From NCBI GenBank assembly GCA_046757165.1, contig JBHHXT010000111.1, positions 1 to 14,748 of the forward strand: a DNA stretch of 14,748 nucleotides, written 5' to 3'. Numbering within the stretch: position 1 is the first letter of the stretch; the number at the start of each line of letters is the position of its first letter. The notes beneath the pieces are model-generated. The model was given only the letters and a program-made list of their open reading frames with translations. It searched no databases and had not been told where the DNA came from. The position numbers and the translations under genes are program-made. The stretch comes from a bacterium. GTDB taxonomy: Bacteria > Zhuqueibacterota > Zhuqueibacteria > Oceanimicrobiales > Oceanimicrobiaceae. Below are positions 8,972-14,748 of this stretch, in pieces.

Positions 8972-9331
8972 TCATAAATACTTCTCGATCTCTTCCATGA
9001 AAGTCTCGGGATCGATAGGCTTTTCGATGTAGCCCGTGCATCCCGCTGCCAGGGCTTTCTCCTTGTCGCCGACCATGGCATAGGAGGTGAGAGCAACGAT
9101 GGGAATCCCACCATCTGCCTTTGATGATCTGATCCTCTTTACAGCCTCCAGACCGTTGATATCCGGGAGCTGAATATCCATGATGATGAGATCCGGCTTC
9201 TCCTTGACCGCTAATTTCACCGCCCTGGCGCCACTTCTGGCCTCGATGACCTGAAAGCCGTTTTTTTCCAGAATGAACCGGATCAAATAGAGGTTGGCCT
9301 CGTCGTCCTCAACAAGCAGAATCTTTTTCAT
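8972..9331 (-). CDS. Single-domain response regulator (DivK-like)
   Basis: MKKILLVEDD, phospho-Asp in IIMDIQLP, ALTSYAM, GYIEKPID. Start at 9331 has AGGA upstream and is preferred over 9409. Confidence 0.93.
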   Translation of the reverse strand: MKKILLVEDDEANLYLIRFILEKNGFQVIEARSGARAVKLAVKEKPDLIIMDIQLPDINGLEAVKRIRSSKADGGIPIVALTSYAMVGDKEKALAAGCTGYIEKPIDPETFMEEIEKYL

Positions 9332-9451
9332 TTGTCTTTTCCTGTGCCGTAAATGTCGAACAATCGAACCGGGAATGATGGCAGTCGAAACTCGACGTTC
9401 AATATTCATTCCGGTTGTTTCGTTTAGTGTCGATCCGGAAAGTCTCTAATC

Positions 9452-9661
9452 TGTCATTCCCGCACGGTTTTGGCGTGAAACGCGGGGCATGACAAAGAAC
9501 TGCCTGTGTTGTCATTCTGAGCGCGAACTCCCGAATGCTGCACCCAGGCAAAGGTTCGGGGCGCGAAGAATCTTTGGTCATCTCTGCCTGTTGAGGAGAT
9601 TCTTCGCACAGAAACGCCGGGCTTGAAAAGCGACGAATTGGAGTTTGTGCTCAGAATGACA
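9452..9661. repeat. Two adjacent GTCATT...AATGAC-type palindromic elements
   Basis: TGTCATTCCCGC (9452-9463) / GCGGGGCATGACA (9482-9494). TGTCATTCTGAGC (9510-9522) / GCTCAGAATGACA (9649-9661) with inner arms GCGAAGAATCT (9563-9573) / AGATTCTTCGC (9597-9607). Confidence 0.85.
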
Positions 9662-9696
9662 TGAGCTTCTTAGTTTTCGGTCAATCACTAGCTTAG

Positions 9697-11685
9697 CTAG
9701 CTTCCGCTTTCGATCTTGCTTGTATTTCGCATGACAGTTTGATGCTTCGCGGCCTCGAGCTTTAAGGGCAGAGAAAACGTGAACTCACTCCCTTTGCCAT
9801 AATGACTCGTTGCAGATATTTCCCCGGCAAGAAGCGCAACCAGCTTCTTGCAGAGATAAAGCCCCAACCCGGTGCCTTCATATCTCTTGGTCAGAGAGAG
9901 GTCAATTTGCTGAAAGGGCTTGAAGAGCTTATTCATGTTTGCCTTTTTGATGCCTATGCCGGTATCCTTCACGGACGCCTGCATCATTCCAGGTGATGAC
10001 AGTCCTGCACTTATCTTGATGCTCCCACGCTCGGTGAACTTGACTCCATTGCTCACCAGGTTCATCAGAACCTGCTTGACCCGTCTTTTGTCGCTGACAA
10101 GGGTGATCTCTTCAGGGACATCCACGAAAAGTTTCAAGCCTTTTTTATCTACCGCGGGCGAAAAGGTTTCGACTACCTCTCGCACGACCTCATGGAGACG
10201 GAATTTCTGCAAGGAGATCTCCACCTCTCCGGACTCTATTTTGGAGACGTCCAGCAGGTCATTGATCAGACTGAGAAGATGATTGGCGCCGCTCTTGACC
10301 ATGGTGAGCTGTTTTTTCTGCTCGGCATTGATCTTGCCGGCCATGCCCTGTAAGATGATGCCCGTGAAACCGATGATGGAATTGAGCGGCGTGCGCAGCT
10401 CGTGGCTCATACTGGCGAGAAATATGGACTTGAGGCGGTCCGCTTCCTGCAGGCGCTCGTTGGCCAATTTCAACTCTGCCGTGCGTTCTGCCACGCGTTC
10501 CTCCAGCTCCTTGGCGTGCCGCCTCACCTGTTCGTACAGCAGGGCGTTTTGCAGGCCAGTGGCGACGTCGTTAGAAAGAGTCTCCAAAAAATCGGCCTGC
10601 TGGCCAAAGTCACGCTCCACTTTTGAAGCCAGCCCGAGCACGCCGAGTATTGTGTCGCCGCTGCGCAAGGGCAAGGCAGCAAAGGAGCGCACCCCCGCCT
10701 TTTTACATTCTTCCCAGGTGCAGCGCGGATCCGCATGAATGTTTTCCGAATACATCGGCTTGCCATTTTTAGCAGCCAGTCCACACAGACACTCGCCTAC
10801 ACGGTGGATGGGCGTCTGTTTGTGTTTTATTTTTGCGTTGCTCGGGCCAGCGCCCTGCAGGACAAGCTTCTCGCCCTTTTTCAGGAAGATCAGCACCAGG
10901 TCCGGGGCGATCGCGGTGGCGATACCCTCGATAGCTGCTTGCACGACCCTGTCCAAAGGCAGGTTGGCGCTCACGTGCCGGCTCAGGGTGTTGAGGGAGT
11001 TGAGTTCCTGTACGCGTTGCTTCAGCACCGCCTCTGCCTGTTTGCGCCCGGTGATATCGCGCACAGCGATCGCCCGCACCCGGCGTCCCAGGTAGACGAT
11101 GTTTCTGGCGCAAATCTCGCCATAAAACGTCTTCCCGTCTCTTCTCAGGCAAAGCGCTTCGTACGGCGTCGATTTGCCGGCGCGAATGTTCTGCATCACA
11201 TCTTCACGCGATTCCACCGCCGTGAAGTCGAGTACGGACCTCCCAACAGCTTCGGCGCGGGGGCAAAGAAACATGGTCTCAGCAGATGGATTCGTATCCA
11301 GTATCTTGCCGTGCTCGTGAATGATAATGGCTTCAACCGTCGCTTCAAACAGACTGCGATATCGTTCTTCGCTTTCCCGCAGCGCCGCCTCCGAACCCTT
11401 GCCGAGTCTCGCGTGCCGTTGTCGAAAAGCCAATCCGTAGGCCGTAAGCACTTCTGTCATGGGCGTTGAGACGATGCGAACGACCTCCAGCGGTTCGATA
11501 TCCGGAAAGGCTGGCGCCAGGTCCTCAATTGCTTTTTCATGCAGCTCGCCGAACTCTTCTGGGGGGACATCCGCCAATCCCAGCTCACGTCCCAATTCCG
11601 CCGCCTCGGCCAAATGTTTCTGCTGCGGTTGGGCGACATAGCGGGTCAGGAGCTGATAGTATCTTTCCTGCAGGGAGTGTTTCAT
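9697..11685 (-). CDS. Sensor histidine kinase: RsbU N-terminal-like domain, PAS, GAF, HisKA, HATPase
   Basis: N-terminus QERYYQLLTRYV...VPPEEFGELH resembles the RsbU N-domain. PAS (ILDTNPSAETMF), GAF (GECLCG...SFAALPL), H-box SHELRTPLN, NLVSNGVKFT, DTGIGI and GTGLGL. No TM segment. Confidence 0.93.
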   Translation of the reverse strand: MKHSLQERYYQLLTRYVAQPQQKHLAEAAELGRELGLADVPPEEFGELHEKAIEDLAPAFPDIEPLEVVRIVSTPMTEVLTAYGLAFRQRHARLGKGSEAALRESEERYRSLFEATVEAIIIHEHGKILDTNPSAETMFLCPRAEAVGRSVLDFTAVESREDVMQNIRAGKSTPYEALCLRRDGKTFYGEICARNIVYLGRRVRAIAVRDITGRKQAEAVLKQRVQELNSLNTLSRHVSANLPLDRVVQAAIEGIATAIAPDLVLIFLKKGEKLVLQGAGPSNAKIKHKQTPIHRVGECLCGLAAKNGKPMYSENIHADPRCTWEECKKAGVRSFAALPLRSGDTILGVLGLASKVERDFGQQADFLETLSNDVATGLQNALLYEQVRRHAKELEERVAERTAELKLANERLQEADRLKSIFLASMSHELRTPLNSIIGFTGIILQGMAGKINAEQKKQLTMVKSGANHLLSLINDLLDVSKIESGEVEISLQKFRLHEVVREVVETFSPAVDKKGLKLFVDVPEEITLVSDKRRVKQVLMNLVSNGVKFTERGSIKISAGLSSPGMMQASVKDTGIGIKKANMNKLFKPFQQIDLSLTKRYEGTGLGLYLCKKLVALLAGEISATSHYGKGSEFTFSLPLKLEAAKHQTVMRNTSKIESGS

Positions 11686-11728
11686 CTTATCGAAAGCGGG
11701 TTCAGGTGTTCAGAATTAGTTGGTTTAG

Positions 11729-11921
11729 GGTGTTCACGCTTTAGAGCCTGTGTGAAAACATGATAAAACAAGCCTCTGGCTTGTTTAAGAAGGTCTATGA
11801 TTTAAGCTAAGTTCTTGTTTTCTTTGCAATCCATTCTCGCAAGCAAGATGCTTGCGTTACATTTTCACACAGGCTCTTTAGCGTGTTTTCCCCCACCCCG
11901 GCAAGCTGAAGCTTGTACACC
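11729..11921. repeat. REP-like inverted doublet hosting the MITE
   Basis: Reconstructed left unit GGTGTTCACGC-TTTA-GCGTG versus the reverse complement of the right unit (11902-11921) GGTGTACAAGC-TTCA-GCTTG: 16/20 identical with one compensatory stem pair. Confidence 0.75.
11744..11876. mobile_element. 133-bp MITE with 15-bp perfect TIRs and a 4-bp TTTA target duplication
   Basis: GAGCCTGTGTGAAAA (11744-11758) / TTTTCACACAGGCTC (11862-11876); TTTA at 11740-11743 and 11877-11880; too short to encode a transposase. Confidence 0.88.
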
Positions 11922-12356
11922 GATCCCCCCGGTCAGGAACAGCTCAGTTTAGGAAAAGACCTTTTGGGTTCCGGCTCGTCCGGCTTAGATTTTACTCAAA
12001 AAGAATCAAATGATAAAAAGGCACGCTGGCTTCCTTAGACTTTGACCGGCAGTGGGATGCTGGATGTGATTGGTATTCCGTCTCTGGGGGATGTATGGCT
12101 AAAAGGAGAATCAGTTTGAAATTCTTTGAACGCGTCTTCGGAATGATGGCAGTTCGAGCGTCGCGAACAGTTGAATCACCCCTCCATAATCCGGGACAGC
12201 TTGATTGGAAGGGCATGGGGCCGCCGGTCAGACTTCAGTCCTTATTTGCCAGTCCAGTCCGGGAGAAGGGCCTCTTCTCCTGGTATATGCTCGCTTGAAT
12301 GCTGTTGTAGTTGATTCGACCTCCTCATGAATAAATTTCAAATAATTCCAAAGAAA

Positions 12357-12385
12357 AGAATAACACAACTTATTCACAAATGCAA
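12357..12385 (-). promoter_or_regulatory. Possible sigma-70 promoter facing the kinase cluster
   Basis: Minus strand TTGCAT (12385-12380), 17-nt spacer, TATTCT (12362-12357) in an AT-rich stretch. Confidence 0.4.
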
Positions 12386-12440
12386 GCATAACTTACTCGC
12401 AAATGAATGTCCCAGCTTATGGGGAAAGTTAATTTAAGCC

Positions 12441-12524
12441 TGGTCCAACATCCCGCCTTTGCGGGACAACCGTGTTTTAGGTACAAATTCGACGGTATAC
12501 ACAGTTGCAAACTGTGTAGGATCA
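12441..12524. repeat. Divergent member of the TGRTCC-hairpin REP-like doublet family
   Basis: Right unit TACACAGTT-GCA-AACTGTGTA-GGATCA (12498-12524). Left unit TGGTCCAACA...CAACCGTGTT interrupted by hairpin TCCCGC-CTTT-GCGGGA (12451-12466). Confidence 0.75.
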
Positions 12525-12573
12525 CTATTTCGCCATTCTTGAATTATCATAAGAATATCCAGTACGTCCGGGA

Positions 12574-13005
12574 CTAATCGACATAGGTGTCAAAATTACT
12601 CACCTTCCAGACGCCGTCGAGTCTCACCGTTGTCAGCACGATTTCGCGTTTGATGTCAGCGCCCTCAGGACTTTCAATGGTGACGTCGTAGAACAGGGTG
12701 AGAGAGTTTTCATCTCGCTGCTGCGTCTTGACCAGCTCGTAGTCCAGAAAAGGCTTGTGCTGCGCCAAATCCAGGTTGGGCGTCATGCGCACGCTTTGGG
12801 TCAGCTCGATTTCCTCTTCGAGTTTGTCTTGCGCCAGGCCGGTACTGAGCTCGAGCGCACTGCGCTGGTTGAGCTCGATGAAGTAGCGGAACAGGAATTC
12901 ATTGGCCACGCCTTGCGCAGAATTGTCGTGGCCACATGCCGACAGAAGTCCAAGCGTCACAAGAATGGTGGATAACAGCGGATAGTTTGGCTTCAAGTGC
13001 CTCAT
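12574..13005 (-). CDS. Hypothetical lipoprotein, 143 aa (possibly NTF2-like fold)
   Basis: Signal peptide with lipobox LSAC, helical N-half, beta-rich C-half ending DGVWKV. Lies 4 nt downstream of the ligase stop. Confidence 0.8.
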   Translation of the reverse strand: MRHLKPNYPLLSTILVTLGLLSACGHDNSAQGVANEFLFRYFIELNQRSALELSTGLAQDKLEEEIELTQSVRMTPNLDLAQHKPFLDYELVKTQQRDENSLTLFYDVTIESPEGADIKREIVLTTVRLDGVWKVSNFDTYVD

Positions 13006-13009
13006 TTTC

Positions 13010-13786
13010 TCAACCCTCCGAATTGATCTCGAGATCCTCCCCTCGCGGGTGCCAGTTCCAAACCGGCTCCTTGCCGCTCAGTTCCGGCAAATAGTGGCCG
13101 TCAACTTTGTCAGGGCGCACGTACTTGACGAGAAAATCGACGCCCCAACGCCGTTCACTGCCTTTCCCCGGGTGGATGAGCTGGTTGCGCTCGACGCGCC
13201 AGACCGCGCCCTCGGCTGCGTCCAGGGCGCCGTGAAAACCGGTGGTGTTCAAAAGCTGCATGGCTCTCTCTATCGACAGCGGGTCGCCACGATGCAGCAC
13301 TTTCGGCGTCACGAACTTCCCGCGTCGGATGCGCTCGCAGAACGGGTCATAGGGCATGCGCTCGGTCTTCAGCATGAGATCAAAGGCCACAAACGGCTCG
13401 TGCGGCAAATTGTAACGTGTGCCGTGTGCTTGCATGAGCCACTCGCCGCACAACCGCTCACCCTCTTCCAGGACGGCCAGAAAGCGCTCCTGGTTGGCGT
13501 ACACCCATGCCGAAAAATGATGGTGCTGCTCGAACGGCGAGGTGCTCGCCAGGTAGCCGGCGCGGGTCAGCGGACAGATTACGCCGTCGATGCGGGCCAC
13601 CCCGACATTGGAGCCATCCAATTTTTCCTGCACAATAATGTCATCATGCCGGTCGCGAACCTTCTCGGTGGCGATGCGAGCCTGCCCCTCGTGACAGGTA
13701 TGGTCTCCCGCTCCGATACGGCTGCCGGGAAGGTGGGGGATGTGGCCGTAACTTTTGCGACCCAGAGGTTTTCTTGCTTGTGTCAT
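13010..13786 (-). CDS. ATP-dependent RNA ligase-family nucleotidyltransferase (adenylation domain only)
   Basis: Motif I QEKLDGSN, Ia LTRAG, III LCGEWL, IIIa FVAFDL, IV AEGAVWR, V LVKYVR, plus an N-terminal YGHIPHLPGS segment. Likely start ATG at 13786. Confidence 0.87.
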   Translation of the reverse strand: MTQARKPLGRKSYGHIPHLPGSRIGAGDHTCHEGQARIATEKVRDRHDDIIVQEKLDGSNVGVARIDGVICPLTRAGYLASTSPFEQHHHFSAWVYANQERFLAVLEEGERLCGEWLMQAHGTRYNLPHEPFVAFDLMLKTERMPYDPFCERIRRGKFVTPKVLHRGDPLSIERAMQLLNTTGFHGALDAAEGAVWRVERNQLIHPGKGSERRWGVDFLVKYVRPDKVDGHYLPELSGKEPVWNWHPRGEDLEINSEG

Positions 13787-13939
13787 GATCTTCTTATCGA
13801 CGCCAGCAATTCCTTGATTACGAAAAAATATGGACAAAAGCAACTGCACAAATGAAAATGGGCGGTCAACTCTTGAACTTCAAAGAGAGAGCTTCTCACT
13901 GGAGATTGTGTAAAATGCTGGCAGGTCCCACCCTGACCT

Positions 13940-14079
13940 GTCCCGGGAGTGGCACTTTGCGCCCTGCGGGCACGCCGTGCAATGGTCCGACACCGTTTGC
14001 AACGGTTTTTTGTAAGTCCTGATTAATCAACGGATAAACGGCTTCATCAAAACACGGTCACAGACCGTGTTGGATCATT
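13940..14079. repeat. REP-like doublet element, copy 2 (complete)
   Basis: Left unit AATGGTCC-GACACCGTT-TGC-AACGGT (13981-14006), right unit 14051-14079 ending GGATCATT. 13940-14052 aligns with 14316-14429. Confidence 0.88.
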
Positions 14080-14144
14080 GCTGGCAAATTGACAATTGAA
14101 CCATGTTGTCAGCGCATTCCCCAAAGGGGGAAAATTTGCCACTC

Positions 14145-14253
14145 GTAGCCGCCACCCCTTGTGGGTGGCTGTTATCTCCCCGCATGGTGGTTCATCTGGA
14201 TATTCCTGGCAAGCAAGGCAAAGCCCATATGCCCCACACGGGGGCATGGCTAC
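14145..14253. repeat. GTAG-type REP inverted doublet (REPIN-like)
   Basis: GTAGCC-GCCACCC-CTTGT-GGGTGGC (14145-14169) and ATGCCCC-ACACG-GGGGCAT-GGCTAC (14229-14253). Both are GTAGCC + 7-bp stem + 5-nt loop. Confidence 0.8.
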
Positions 14254-14315
14254 AGAATCGGGGTGATTGGCCATTCGTAAGGGCGAAGTGCAGCGAAAGA
14301 TATGAGCAACGATAA

Positions 14316-14429
14316 GTCCCGGGAGGGGAACTTTGCGCCGAGCGGGCATGCCGTGAAATGATGCAGCACCGTTTGTGACGGTGTCTTTGTAAGCCAAGAT
14401 TAATCAAAGGATAGACGGGTTCATCAAAA
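14316..14429. repeat. REP-like doublet element, copy 3 (right hairpin missing)
   Basis: Manual alignment with 13940-14052 gives about 20 differences in 114 columns (about 82% identity). Similarity stops just where the right hairpin should begin. Confidence 0.88.
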
Positions 14430-14530
14430 GGGGTTGTCCAAAAAGCATGCAAAATATTGCATAGGTCGACAAATGATGGGCTACTCCTCGTTCAAAGCTC
14501 ACACGATTACACCGTAATGTAGCTGGTAAA

Positions 14531-14748
14531 TCTCCTCCCCGGAGGAGACAGAAAATGAACTTGTTCATTTTCAGAGGTGGGTTTGACTGGTACTGGTTTT
14601 GCGCGTTTTCTTGTGATTTCAACTCAGAGATAGTGGAGATGCTGATGGGAATCTTGCTTTGAACTCCTGACCTGGCTAAAGCGGCAGGCGATGTTGACCC
14701 ACCCCTGGTTCAGACTCTGAACGAGTCTGAACCTGTCCCCTCCAAGGA
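14531..14748. repeat. Inverted pair of ACCCACCYCTG..TCYCCTCC..GGA elements, each with an inserted palindrome (right copy cut by the window end)
   Basis: 14531-14582 reverse complement: ACCCACCT-CTG-[20 nt]-CTG-TCTCCTCCGGGGAGGAGA. 14697-14748: ACCCACCC-CTG-[25 nt]-CTG-TCCCCTCCAAGGA. Confidence 0.8.

Noticed and set aside
8848..9114. Minus-strand ORFs with a hydrophobic LLFYCSIAPLCYC stretch
   Set aside because: Translation artefact of the octamer repeat; overlaps the response regulator out of frame.
11957..11988. GGTTCCGGCTCGTCCGGCTTAG, reminiscent of a MITE/IS end
   Set aside because: No partner inverted repeat found in the window.
12019..12036. Possible sigma-54 promoter GGCACG...
   Set aside because: Lacks the GC at -12 with correct spacing and faces no plus-strand gene.
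13049..13855. 268-aa plus-strand ORF
   Set aside because: Antisense to the motif-bearing RNA ligase.
13940..14429. CRISPR array or group II intron interpretation of the repeats
   Set aside because: No regular repeat-spacer periodicity or cas genes, and no recognisable domain V or reverse transcriptase.
14430..14446. GGGGTTGTCCAAAAAG as a possible IS end truncating repeat copy 3
   Set aside because: The position is suggestive, but no matching end or target duplication is visible in the window.

Overview
Bacterial chromosomal window with ten credible CDSs: the 3' part of a multi-domain c-type cytochrome, an aspartate racemase-family enzyme, a TIGR03546/TIGR03545-like membrane pair, an alpha/beta-hydrolase lipoprotein with a sigma-54 response regulator, a three-gene signalling cluster (RsbU_N-PAS-GAF histidine kinase, stand-alone receiver, REC-PAS hybrid kinase), a small lipoprotein and a minimal RNA ligase-family nucleotidyltransferase. 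The most unusual content is intergenic, where several families of REP-like hairpin doublets with compensatory base changes occur, some with nested inserts. These include a 133-bp MITE (15-bp TIRs, TTTA duplication) in a REP hairpin loop, and two copies of one element carrying different 20-25 nt palindromes at the same site between CTG direct repeats. No transposase, rRNA, tRNA or CRISPR array was seen. All family assignments are by eye from motifs, with no database searches.
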